Positions 1 to 12,443 of a stretch of 32,000 nt of DNA are shown here, one piece after another (position 1 is the first letter of the stretch; every line of letters begins with the position of its first letter). The position numbers and the translations under genes are program-made. Below the pieces are notes generated by a model. It saw only the letters and a program-made list of their open reading frames with translations. It was not told where the DNA came from and searched no databases. Source of the stretch: Methylophaga frappieri (GTDB lineage Bacteria > Pseudomonadota > Gammaproteobacteria > Nitrosococcales > Methylophagaceae); the NCBI RefSeq assembly GCF_000260965.1, contig NC_017856.1, forward strand, positions 30,001 to 62,000, in the 5' to 3' direction.

Positions 1-518
1 TTCTCAATAAACCCTGGCCTCGTAGCCAGACTGAATTTGAGCAACGGCTGTCGGAAGAGCGGCGACATTTAATTAACATAGCAACGGCGCTCGCGGCTGT
101 TATTGCCGATGCTTTACGGGAATATCATGCTATAGCGAAGCGTTTATCCGGCAATCTACCCCTTGCGGCAATGCATGCGGTGCAAGATATTCGCGAGCAG
201 TTGCAATACCTGCTCTATCAAGGATTTGTCCATGACTTGCCTGATACAGCGTTAAAACGTTTACCTGCCTACTTTCAGGCGATCGGATTACGGTTGGATA
301 AGTTAAAAACGGATCCAAGCAAAGACAAGCAAAGACAACAAGAAGTCAGTCGTCACTGGCGTCGATATTTGCAACATCAGCATCGCACGACCGATGGGTA
401 TCAACATTATCGCTGGATGATTGAAGAGTTTCGTATTTCTATCTTCGCTCAGGAGGTGGGTACGGCATACCCAATCTCAGCCAAGCGTTTGGATAAATAT
501 TGGGCGGATGCCTGTTAA
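1..518 (+). CDS. hrpA: ATP-dependent RNA helicase HrpA, C-terminal fragment (5' end lies outside the window)
   Basis: Frame 3 is open from base 3 to the TAA at 516-518. The tail ...YRWMIEEFRISIFAQEVGTAYPISAKRLDKYW matches the conserved HrpA C-terminal region as I recall it from E. coli (RWMLEELRVSYFAQQLGTPYPIS). Confidence 0.8.
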   Translation, partial: LNKPWPRSQTEFEQRLSEERRHLINIATALAAVIADALREYHAIAKRLSGNLPLAAMHAVQDIREQLQYLLYQGFVHDLPDTALKRLPAYFQAIGLRLDKLKTDPSKDKQRQQEVSRHWRRYLQHQHRTTDGYQHYRWMIEEFRISIFAQEVGTAYPISAKRLDKYWADAC

Positions 519-677
519 TGTTCAGTTAAAGTTCAGTAACTGAATGCTAAGTTTTGCGTTGGTAAGGCATTATGAGTGTGTTAAATCACTTAATAGATTG
601 TGTAAATAACCTATTTTAATTAGGGCTTTTTTCCCTAAACTTGATTTTTTTGCTGCGTAAATACGGGAGTATGACAA

Positions 678-1088
678 ATGAAAATAATCAAGTTAAACAA
701 AATAAGCATGGTATTACTTGGGCTAATACTCAATAGCGTGTTGATTAACACTGCGTTTGCTGTTGACCATGATTACAAAGTCACTAATGGCAATGAGTTG
801 GATGCTGACACTTATAGTGGATTTAAACTTTACCGTAATTGGTGTGCTCGATGTCATGGGACATATGGTCAAGGCATGGTTGGTCCTAACTTAGCTCAGA
901 GCCTTCAAAGCATTACTTACGAAGAATTTGTAGAGACGGTTACTAATGGTAAGCTGGGGAATATTGGATCCATGCCTGCATGGAAAGAAAATCAATCTGT
1001 TATGCAAGGGATGAATAATTTATATCGTTATTTAAAGGCACGAGCTGATGGCAAGATTGGTGTCATCAAACCTGTCAAAGTTAAATGA
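678..1088 (+). CDS. Class I c-type cytochrome, secreted (136 aa)
   Basis: N-terminal signal peptide (MKIIKLNKISMVLLGLILNSVLINTAFA). Single haem-binding CxxCH motif (CARCHG) with a downstream Met ligand candidate (SMPAW). GGGAG Shine-Dalgarno about 9 nt upstream of the ATG. Confidence 0.85.
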   Translation: MKIIKLNKISMVLLGLILNSVLINTAFAVDHDYKVTNGNELDADTYSGFKLYRNWCARCHGTYGQGMVGPNLAQSLQSITYEEFVETVTNGKLGNIGSMPAWKENQSVMQGMNNLYRYLKARADGKIGVIKPVKVK

Positions 1089-1159
1089 CCAGGTATTTAT
1101 CCCTAATAGAGTTTGTGCTCATGTTTTAACAGGCAGAATTATCATCTTTCATAAGACAG

Positions 1160-1462
1160 ATGATTGGAACCTTTATGCGAATATTATGCAGACTACTGCT
1201 GTTGATTTTATTCATGCCGTCTTTGGTTGTCGCGAGAGAATTACCTGACGATATTGAGCAAGGTACGAGTGTTAACAACATCTCACTGCCATTAACTGAA
1301 ATAACAGCGGCTGAGTTAGCACATGTTGAAACAGGTGGCCGGGTTCTGTCAGTTCACTTTGAGTATTTTGAAGAAGAGCCCATTTTTCGTGTCAAAGTTC
1401 TTCACGATAATGGTATGGTTAAAACCTACCGTATACACCGGGATAATGGACAGCGAATGTGA
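1160..1462 (+). CDS. PepSY domain-containing secreted protein (alternative start at 1175)
   Basis: Signal peptide (MRILCRLLLLILFMPSLVVA) followed by a roughly 60-aa PepSY-like segment (ITAAELAHVETGGRVLSVHFEYFEEEPIFRVKVLHDNGMVKTYRIHRDNGQ). It sits directly upstream of a two-component pair, a common PepSY context. Confidence 0.6.
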   Translation: MIGTFMRILCRLLLLILFMPSLVVARELPDDIEQGTSVNNISLPLTEITAAELAHVETGGRVLSVHFEYFEEEPIFRVKVLHDNGMVKTYRIHRDNGQRM

Positions 1463-1468
1463 GGGTTA

Positions 1469-2146
1469 ATGCGCATCCTATTGGTTGAAGATGAAACGAT
1501 TCTGCGAGAAAAAACAGCGCAGCGATTGCGTGCTCAGAATCTCACTGTTGATGCGATTTCAGATGGTCAAGAAGGGTTATATATGGCGTCTGAATATCCC
1601 TATGATGTAGCCATCATCGATTTAGGATTACCTAAGCTATCCGGTATTGAGCTTATTCAACAACTTCGTCAGCAGCAAATTAAGTTTCCAGTCTTAATTT
1701 TGACTGCTCGAGGCCGCTGGCAAGATAAGGTTAGTGGCCTTGAAGCGGGTGCAGACGATTATTTAGTAAAGCCATTCCATTTTGAGGAATTGCTCGCCAG
1801 ATTAAATGCGTTGGCGCGCCGTGCTTCTGGTTGGGCGAATGCAATTATGCGTTGTGGACCCATTGAGCTCAATCCCTCAACACAACAAGTGATGCGAGAA
1901 CATATCCCTATAGACCTTACTGCTTATGAATATCGACTTTTACATTATTTGATGTTGCATGCCGGAGAAGTTATCTCCAAAACAGAGCTAACGGATCACA
2001 TTTATGAGCTCGATCAAGATCGGGATAGTAACGTTATAGAGGTATTCATTAAACGTCTACGTAACAAGTTGGATCCGGAGAAATCCTTAAATCCGATTGA
2101 GACACTTCGTGGGCGAGGCTATCGCTTGATTTTGCCTCGTGATTGA
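1469..2146 (+). CDS. OmpR/PhoB-family DNA-binding response regulator (PhoP-like)
   Basis: Receiver domain (MRILLVEDE..., DVAIIDLGLP phospho-acceptor Asp, LILTAR, DDYLVKPF) plus a winged-helix C-terminus (LTAYEYRLLHYLM..., VIEVFIKRLRNKL, ETLRGRGYRL). Confidence 0.95.
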   Translation: MRILLVEDETILREKTAQRLRAQNLTVDAISDGQEGLYMASEYPYDVAIIDLGLPKLSGIELIQQLRQQQIKFPVLILTARGRWQDKVSGLEAGADDYLVKPFHFEELLARLNALARRASGWANAIMRCGPIELNPSTQQVMREHIPIDLTAYEYRLLHYLMLHAGEVISKTELTDHIYELDQDRDSNVIEVFIKRLRNKLDPEKSLNPIETLRGRGYRLILPRD

Positions 2147-3491
2147 GACGCCAATTTCACTCTCAGGACGGCTTTTAACAGCCGCATCGATAGTTCTTGG
2201 CGCTTTTTTGGGGTTATCTGCTTTTAGTCTTAATAATGCTTTTAAAAGTAGTGCTGAGACAGCACAGTATCAGCGACTCCATACACATGTAATGACGATT
2301 TTAACTGCTGCCGAATTAAGCTCTGCTGGTGAGTTATATATGCCTGAAACACTTCCGGAGCAAAAGTTTTCTGTGCCTGGGTCTGGTCTATATGCACAAA
2401 TTACAAGCGAAAATAAAATCATTTGGCAATCACCATCAGCGATAGGCCTTTTTCTAGCGCTCCCCTATCATCCTGGACCTTCTTTAGAGCAATATGAAGT
2501 TATCGAGCTAGATAATGGAATGATTATTCATAATTTGGCATTTGGGGTGGTATGGGAGAATGATGCAGGAGAACAGTTTGAATACACGATAAATGTCTCT
2601 GAAGATGAGGTACATTTAGAAGCGCAAACGGCCAATTTCCAGCGAGGACTTTGGTATTGGCTTGGTGGGACGGGCCTGATATTACTGTTAGCCCAGTGGT
2701 GGGTTTTACGTTGGAGTTTGCGGCCATTGAATAAAGCAGCCAAAGACTTGGATGCGATTGAGTCTGGGCAGCATGCTCGTTTATCTGGTAGCTACCCAAT
2801 TGAACTGCAACAATTGACTCGCAACATTAATAGACTATTGGACCATGAACAACACCGGCGATTAAGGTATAAAAACTCTCTTGCTGATTTGGCCCATAGT
2901 CTCAAAACGCCCTTAGCCGTTTTAAGAAGTGAGGTTGAGAATAGTGATGATCTGCTTCAACTTAAGTCAGATGCTCAAGAACAGCTCGATCGTCTAAGTC
3001 ATCTAGTTGATTACCAACTTCAACGTGCGGCGACAGAAGGCAAAAATAATTTATTGGCACCGGTATCTTTAGGTGAAATCATTCATAAAATCATCACCTC
3101 GTTAGATAAGGTATACCAGCAAAAACGTGTCCGGCATCAACTTGAAATTGAACGTGACGCCTTTATTCATGCTGATCAAGATGATATGTATGAGCTATTA
3201 GGTAATTTACTCGAAAATGCTTATAAATATTGCCGTAGTCAGGTCAACATTATTGTGCGACTTATGCAAAGTGGCATTCTATTAAAAATTGAAGATGATG
3301 GCGCCGGCTTACCTATTCGCTCTGGTGAGGCGATCATTAAAAGAGGAAGACGCTTTGATAGTCAGCAAGAAGGCCATGGATTAGGGCTGGCAATTGCAAG
3401 CGATATTGTCGAGGCCTATGAAGGAACCATTGAGCTCGAAAAAAGTTACCTCGGTGGCGCCTGTTTTGTGATCAAATTACCTAATCAGTAA
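2139..3491 (+). CDS. Sensor histidine kinase, PhoQ-like (two TM segments, periplasmic sensor, HAMP, HisKA, HATPase)
   Basis: GTG start overlaps the regulator stop (GTGATTGA). H-box LADLAHSLKTPLAVL, N-box LLGNLLENAYKY, G-boxes EDDGAGLP and GHGLGLAI. TM segments lie near aa 12-32 and 172-195. Confidence 0.9.
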   Translation: MIETPISLSGRLLTAASIVLGAFLGLSAFSLNNAFKSSAETAQYQRLHTHVMTILTAAELSSAGELYMPETLPEQKFSVPGSGLYAQITSENKIIWQSPSAIGLFLALPYHPGPSLEQYEVIELDNGMIIHNLAFGVVWENDAGEQFEYTINVSEDEVHLEAQTANFQRGLWYWLGGTGLILLLAQWWVLRWSLRPLNKAAKDLDAIESGQHARLSGSYPIELQQLTRNINRLLDHEQHRRLRYKNSLADLAHSLKTPLAVLRSEVENSDDLLQLKSDAQEQLDRLSHLVDYQLQRAATEGKNNLLAPVSLGEIIHKIITSLDKVYQQKRVRHQLEIERDAFIHADQDDMYELLGNLLENAYKYCRSQVNIIVRLMQSGILLKIEDDGAGLPIRSGEAIIKRGRRFDSQQEGHGLGLAIASDIVEAYEGTIELEKSYLGGACFVIKLPNQ

Positions 3492-3494
3492 GTT

Positions 3495-4007
3495 CTAATC
3501 TGTTCGCAGTTGTTTTAGATATTGAAATAATAATCGAGCCGACTTGGGTGGCTGATTTTTTTCTGCTTCACGATTCGCATTACGGACGAGCTGTCGTGCA
3601 TGCTGACTGTCAAACAGCGGGAATTTTGTAAAAATCTCCTGCATTACTTTGTCATCATTGGCAATTAATCTGTCTCGCCAGTTTTCTAATTGATGAAAAA
3701 CGGCTGTTTCCTGCCGATGTGGTTGGCCGAGTTGTTGAATTTGCACGCGGATTGTCTCGGGGTCATTATCTGCAATAAGGCCACCAATAAAACCCGTTTG
3801 TCGTTTCAATGCCCCTTTTTGCATTTTTTGCGCATCAAGCACGGCTTCCAGCAAATCGGCATCAATATCCAGTTTTTTCAAATCACTTTCTGGCAATTGA
3901 ATAAGATGTTGTCCTAATTCACGACAGGCCAGCATTTCTCGTTTGAGCTGTGATTTGCTTTTATCAGTGTCTTCTGAAAATGACGCCCAGTCATCATCAT
4001 GTGCCAT
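3495..4007 (-). CDS. yjgA: Ribosome-associated protein YjgA/DarP (DUF615)
   Basis: From MAHDDDWASF... the sequence follows E. coli YjgA closely (FHQLENWRDRLI..., NQPPKSARLLFQYLKQL). I chose the ATG at 4005-4007 over the longer track ORF because it forms a TAATG overlap with the upstream stop and matches the homolog length. Confidence 0.85.
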   Translation of the reverse strand: MAHDDDWASFSEDTDKSKSQLKREMLACRELGQHLIQLPESDLKKLDIDADLLEAVLDAQKMQKGALKRQTGFIGGLIADNDPETIRVQIQQLGQPHRQETAVFHQLENWRDRLIANDDKVMQEIFTKFPLFDSQHARQLVRNANREAEKNQPPKSARLLFQYLKQLRTD

Positions 4008-4425
4008 TATTTGTCCCCTTGAACGGTTACCACTATTCGCCGTTGGTGTGAATGGGTCCGATGCTCCCACAAATAAATGCCTTGCCAGATACCCAATGCA
4101 CACTGCCCGTCACTAATGGGGATGGTTAAGTCTGGGTTAGTTAAGACAGTCCGAATGTGAGCGCTCATATCATCAGGGCCTTCGTCCTGATGCAAAAACA
4201 TCGGATCCCCATCAGGCACAATATGCTGCATATAGGTTTCCATATCACGGCGTACATCCGGATCCGCATTTTCACAGATCATTAAGGAAGCACTGGTATG
4301 CTGCACAAAGATATGACAAATACCCGTTCGAATGGCTGATTGGGCAATAATATGACTAATGTCTGCCGTAATATTACGCGTACTTCTTGGCTGAGTTTGA
4401 TAAGCAATTACTTTTTGAAAGGTCA

Positions 4426-4426
<1 letters not shown>
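4007..4426 (-). CDS. YjbQ/UPF0047 family protein (secondary thiamine-phosphate synthase family)
   Basis: 139 aa with family-typical segments HTSASLMICENADPDVRRDME, DEGPDDMSAHIR and GIWQGIYLWEHR. Confidence 0.85.
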
Positions 4427-8229
<3,803 letters not shown>

Positions 8230-8291
8230 TTAAATTAATCCGTCAACTCAGGGATAATGATGATTTTGTATTAACTAAATAGAGATTACCG

Positions 8292-8681
8292 ATGTCCACG
8301 CAACCGAGCAAACAACTGGAAACTTTCGACAATGCGACCCCAGAACGGGATTATACCATTCACATTGAAACTCCGGAGTTTACTTGTCTTTGCCCAAAAA
8401 CGGGTCAGCCTGATTTTGCCACCATAAAAATCGACTATGTACCTGATTTAAAATGCGTCGAATTAAAATCATTAAAATTGTATTTTTGGTCTTTTCGTGA
8501 TGAAGGCGGTTTTCATGAAAAATTAACCAATCAAATTCTATCTGACCTCGTAGCAGCGCTAAATCCGCGGTTTATGCGTGTCACCGGTATTTTCAATGTC
8601 CGTGGTGGCGTGTATACCAATGTGGTTGCGGAGCATCGTCAAAAAGACTGGCTGCCACCGCAACCGGTTGTTTTGCCCTGA
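8292..8681 (+). CDS. queF: NADPH-dependent 7-cyano-7-deazaguanine (preQ0) reductase, unimodular type I QueF
   Basis: 129 aa. Catalytic Cys context [15 protein letters not shown] and the QueF motif [13 protein letters not shown]. Confidence 0.9.
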   Translation: MSTQPSKQLETFDNATPERDYTIHIETPEFTCLCPKTGQPDFATIKIDYVPDLKCVELKSLKLYFWSFRDEGGFHEKLTNQILSDLVAALNPRFMRVTGIFNVRGGVYTNVVAEHRQKDWLPPQPVVLP

Positions 8682-8684
8682 TTG

Positions 8685-9980
8685 ATGTCAACACCGGTTT
8701 GGCTGGGTATTGATCTGGGAACAAGTGGTTGCCGTATTTGCGTTATTGATGATGAAAACAAGCTGGTTTTTCAACGCCAACAGACATTCTCATCGCATGT
8801 TCCTTACCCGGATCCACCCCAACAGTGGCAAATCGTACTGACGTTACTGCGACAAACCAGTCAGTCTGCCGATAAGGAAAACTGGCAAATTCGTGCCATT
8901 GCCATTGCCGCAACTTCAGGTACGGTGATGCGTGGTCGGCCAGATGGTCAGCCAGACTCGCCGATGCTGCGATACGATAATGCAGTCGCAATAGATCAAG
9001 TCAATGAAATAAAAGCCATCGCCCCCAAGCACTCGGGGGCCCATGGCATAGGCAGTGGCTTAGCCAAATATCTTTACCTTAATCAACATTACTCCAGTGA
9101 CAAGCCAGGTTTACTGATGCATCAGGCTGATTGGATTGCCACACAACTTGGCGGCCAAGCTGGAATTACGGATTACCATAATGCGCTCAAGTCTGGTTTT
9201 GACCCGGTGGCGCTATGCTGGCCAGACTGGCTAAGTCGCTGGATGCCTGCGACAGCTTTGCCTCGTGTTGTTGCCCCCGGCAGCATGATTGGCAGCCTAT
9301 CCGATACAGTGGCGCAACACATACAGCTCAAACAAGACATTCGCCCCGCTATTGTTGCAGGCACCACCGATAGTTTGGCCGCTTTCCTCGCGACAGGTGC
9401 TAACCAATGCGGTGATGGCGTCACCTCTTTAGGCTCTACCCTGGTCGTAAAGCAGCTCTGTAACCAACCTTATTTTGAGCCTGAATCCGGCATTTACAGC
9501 CATAAAATGGGGCGATATTGGTTAGTTGGCGGCGCATCAAATTCAGGTAGTGCCGTTATCAGCCAATTTTTTACTGATCCGCAAATCAAACAGCTGAGCG
9601 AGCATATTAATCTGGCGCAACAGCCGCCATGGTACTACCCATTGCTTACTATGGGAGAACGTTTTCCCGTTGCGGATCCAGACAAGCAACCCCAATTGAC
9701 ACCGCGACCTGAGCAGGACAGTCTGTTTTTGCATGGCCTTTTAGCTGGTATTGCCAATATTGAAGCCATTGCTTATCAACGTTTACAACAACTGACGGCA
9801 ACACCATTGCAACGTATTCGTACCGTCGGCGGCGGCGCTGCTAACGCAATCTGGAGCAAAATCCGCCAGCAAAAATTGGCGGTGCCATTTATTGCAGTGG
9901 CACACACTGAGGCGGCTTATGGCTGTGCGCTGTTAGCCAAAGAAGGGTTAAGCTCATTTGAAAGGGAGCAGGATGACTGA
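8685..9980 (+). CDS. FGGY-family carbohydrate kinase (substrate unknown)
   Basis: N-terminal actin-fold phosphate-1 motif LGIDLGTSGCR, and later GTTDS, WLVGGASNSG and VGGGAAN. The track start is the TTG at 8682, directly after the queF TGA; the ATG at 8685 is used here. Confidence 0.8.
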   Translation: MSTPVWLGIDLGTSGCRICVIDDENKLVFQRQQTFSSHVPYPDPPQQWQIVLTLLRQTSQSADKENWQIRAIAIAATSGTVMRGRPDGQPDSPMLRYDNAVAIDQVNEIKAIAPKHSGAHGIGSGLAKYLYLNQHYSSDKPGLLMHQADWIATQLGGQAGITDYHNALKSGFDPVALCWPDWLSRWMPATALPRVVAPGSMIGSLSDTVAQHIQLKQDIRPAIVAGTTDSLAAFLATGANQCGDGVTSLGSTLVVKQLCNQPYFEPESGIYSHKMGRYWLVGGASNSGSAVISQFFTDPQIKQLSEHINLAQQPPWYYPLLTMGERFPVADPDKQPQLTPRPEQDSLFLHGLLAGIANIEAIAYQRLQQLTATPLQRIRTVGGGAANAIWSKIRQQKLAVPFIAVAHTEAAYGCALLAKEGLSSFEREQDD

Positions 9981-10725
9981 GTTTTTTCGCGGTGCCCGTT
10001 ATGTGTTAAACGGTTTTTCACTCATTAATCAGCTTGGAGTAAGGCGATTTGCCTATATTCCCATTTTGATAAATACCCTCTTGTTCAGTGTCGCTATCTG
10101 GTTTGCTATCAGTCAATTTGATGGTTGGATGACTACGATGCTGCCAACCTGGCTGCCAGAATGGTTGGCTAACATTATGATGTGGGTTTTGTGGCCACTG
10201 TTCGCGCTATTAATTCTGATATTGGTGGTATTCACGTTTACTATTCTAGCCAATATTATCGCGGCCCCGTTCAATGGGCTATTGGCCGAGGCGGTCGAAA
10301 AAAAACTGACTAATCAGGCACCCCCATCGCAAACAATGACGCAATTGATTGCCGATGCGCCACGTATGATCTGGAATGAAATTCGCAAGCTGGGCTACCT
10401 GTTGAAGTGGATGATTCCGCTACTGATTTTTTCGTGGATTCCGGGCTTGAACCTGATCGCCCCACTGCTATGGTTGGGCTTTTCCAGTTGGACTCTGGCC
10501 CTGGATTACCATGACTATCCCCTCGGGAATCATGCGATGGGCTTTCCAGCACAGCGCGCTTTACTGCGCCGTAAACGCGGACTGGCTTTAGGCTTTGGCA
10601 TGGCCACATTGGGGGCGACCATGATCCCGGTAGTGAATTTTTTAGTTATTTCTGCAGCAACGGCAGGGGCAACTCAGCTTTATGTTGAAAAATTAAAAAC
10701 CCTACCGGCTAAACCTGCCGGTTAA
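9973..10725 (+). CDS. cysZ: Sulfate transporter CysZ
   Basis: Follows E. coli CysZ (IAAPFNGLLAE..., multiple TM segments, YHDYPLGNH). The ATG at 9973 overlaps the kinase stop (ATGACTGA) and is preceded by AAGGGAG. Confidence 0.9.
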   Translation: MTEFFRGARYVLNGFSLINQLGVRRFAYIPILINTLLFSVAIWFAISQFDGWMTTMLPTWLPEWLANIMMWVLWPLFALLILILVVFTFTILANIIAAPFNGLLAEAVEKKLTNQAPPSQTMTQLIADAPRMIWNEIRKLGYLLKWMIPLLIFSWIPGLNLIAPLLWLGFSSWTLALDYHDYPLGNHAMGFPAQRALLRRKRGLALGFGMATLGATMIPVVNFLVISAATAGATQLYVEKLKTLPAKPAG

Positions 10726-10921
10726 GGTTTTCAATGGCCTCGTCGAGCAATATTTCGATATCCCACTCACAAGATCCGCAACCAGAAATACAACCTGTTT
10801 TCCGGGAAATCGTATCGGTATCGACTATTCCTTGCGCTACCAAACTCAGAATTTTTCCACGTGTCGTGCCACTGCAATCACAAAGGATTTCGTCACTGTC
10901 TGCGTTATTTTGACTCATCAT
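10709..10921 (-). CDS. BFD-like [2Fe-2S]-binding domain protein (bacterioferritin-associated ferredoxin-like)
   Basis: 70 aa with a CxC...CxxC cysteine pattern (CDCSGTTRG ... CISGCGSC). It lies 20 nt downstream of the 470-aa gene on the same strand. Confidence 0.7.
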   Translation of the reverse strand: MMSQNNADSDEILCDCSGTTRGKILSLVAQGIVDTDTISRKTGCISGCGSCEWDIEILLDEAIENLNRQV

Positions 10922-10941
10922 AAAAGCTAGAAAATGCGTAA

Positions 10942-12333
10942 TTAGCCGGGATACCCGAATAACTTTTGCGCTTTGATCTTCTCTGCAACAATATCGGGAA
11001 CCAGTGCTTCCCAGCCCGATTGATTGGTCATGATCATATTCAGCACATCGGGTGAAAAAATATGCAGATAGTCTTCATTGGAAGCCTCAATTTGCTCAAT
11101 AACACCACATTGCTTGAGATAATCAAACAAGTGTTTTTGTTTGATGCTGACATTCAGGTTATCAATCTTGTACAACGTGTCTGTTTCGGCATCTTTATAC
11201 GGATAAATATAGAGTTTGACGTTGTTCTTGAATAACCGACCAAAGCCTTCCAGAATACCGCCATTAAGTGCCGCGTAATATTTTTGATTAAATAATTCAA
11301 CCAGACTGTGCGCGCCCATGATAAGCCCAATACGTCTGTCAGTGTATCGCGATAAATAGGTCGCCAGACGATGATATTCCGGATAATCTGAAATCATCAC
11401 GGTCTGCCCGGTTTCTCGGAGCACATCGGCGCGGCTAATAAAGTCTTCAAGATCGATTTGATCATCTTTGCTGGTCAGGTTGTGCATGGTAATTTCCATG
11501 ATGGAAATAGTTTCACCAGCGGCTTCCTGATCTTCTGCTTCAAACCGTTTTCTCGCAGCATTGAGCATATCAATATTGACATGGGTTACGGGGCGAAAAC
11601 GGCCGCGTTCCACCAGAACATTCTTTTTTCTGAGATGTTCTGACGGTTGTAGTACCTTGCCATCGGCCGAGAACATCGCGGCATCACTCAAACCAAGTTG
11701 AACCAGACGCAAACTGATCACCCGGTTATCGACATGAATAAAGGCATCCCCTTTCAATTCGACCATATCCACCTCAATACGGTCCGTTGATAAGTTGTCG
11801 AGCAATGATTTCACCAGACAGTCCGGGCTGTGGCTGAGGTGAAATGCCCCATAGATGAGATTGACACCAATGATACCCAAGGCTTCCTGTTGCAGCGCGT
11901 TTTCATTATCGAGCATGCGGACATGGATGATAATTTCACTCGGCGCGGCCTGTGGCGTTGTTTGAAAACGAATACCTAACCAGCCATGACACTCATTGGT
12001 GCCATGATAGTTACGCGCTGAGACCGTATCAGCAAAGGCAAAGAAAGCGGTTCGGTCGCCACGCTGTTCGCTCAACCGTTCCAGATTCAGGTCGTACTCC
12101 AATGCCAGCATGGCCTCTAACCGTTCACGACAAACGTAGCGAGGTGCTTTACCATAGATGTCATCACTGACTTTCATATCGTAGGCAGAAATACTTTTTG
12201 CAATGGTGCCTGCGGCGCCGCCAACACGAAAAAACCATCGAACAACCTCTTGTCCCGCGCCAATTTCAGCAAACGAACCATAGCGCACATCATCAAGATT
12301 GACTTCAAGTGCCTTGGCACTGGTTGTTAACAT
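10942..12333 (-). CDS. Conserved protein of unknown function (about 463 aa from the ATG at 12333; the longest ORF reaches 12360)
   Basis: Long uninterrupted ORF with normal composition. GGAG lies 6 nt upstream of the ATG at 12331-12333, and there is no Shine-Dalgarno before the ATG at 12360. No signal peptide or TM segment. I do not recognise a characterised family for motifs such as YGSFAEIGAGQEV or HGWLGIRFQ. Confidence 0.7.
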   Translation of the reverse strand: MLTTSAKALEVNLDDVRYGSFAEIGAGQEVVRWFFRVGGAAGTIAKSISAYDMKVSDDIYGKAPRYVCRERLEAMLALEYDLNLERLSEQRGDRTAFFAFADTVSARNYHGTNECHGWLGIRFQTTPQAAPSEIIIHVRMLDNENALQQEALGIIGVNLIYGAFHLSHSPDCLVKSLLDNLSTDRIEVDMVELKGDAFIHVDNRVISLRLVQLGLSDAAMFSADGKVLQPSEHLRKKNVLVERGRFRPVTHVNIDMLNAARKRFEAEDQEAAGETISIMEITMHNLTSKDDQIDLEDFISRADVLRETGQTVMISDYPEYHRLATYLSRYTDRRIGLIMGAHSLVELFNQKYYAALNGGILEGFGRLFKNNVKLYIYPYKDAETDTLYKIDNLNVSIKQKHLFDYLKQCGVIEQIEASNEDYLHIFSPDVLNMIMTNQSGWEALVPDIVAEKIKAQKLFGYPG

Positions 12334-12443
12334 TTTATTCTCCATGGGGGTCCTTTTCATTTAGAGGCGTGTGTAATTGCATCAGTAAACGTTGGATGTT
12401 GTAGCAACGTACTGGTTTTTCAATAGCAGGATGACGTTTTCTA

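Noticed and set aside
1048-1248. 66-aa ORF bridging the cytochrome c 3' end and the PepSY gene start
   Set aside because: It overlaps two better-supported genes in other frames and has no motifs or SD.
8230-8291. Possible preQ1 riboswitch upstream of queF
   Set aside because: The 62-nt intergenic region must also hold the divergent zipA and queF promoters. No preQ1-I-like hairpin followed by an A-rich tail is visible.
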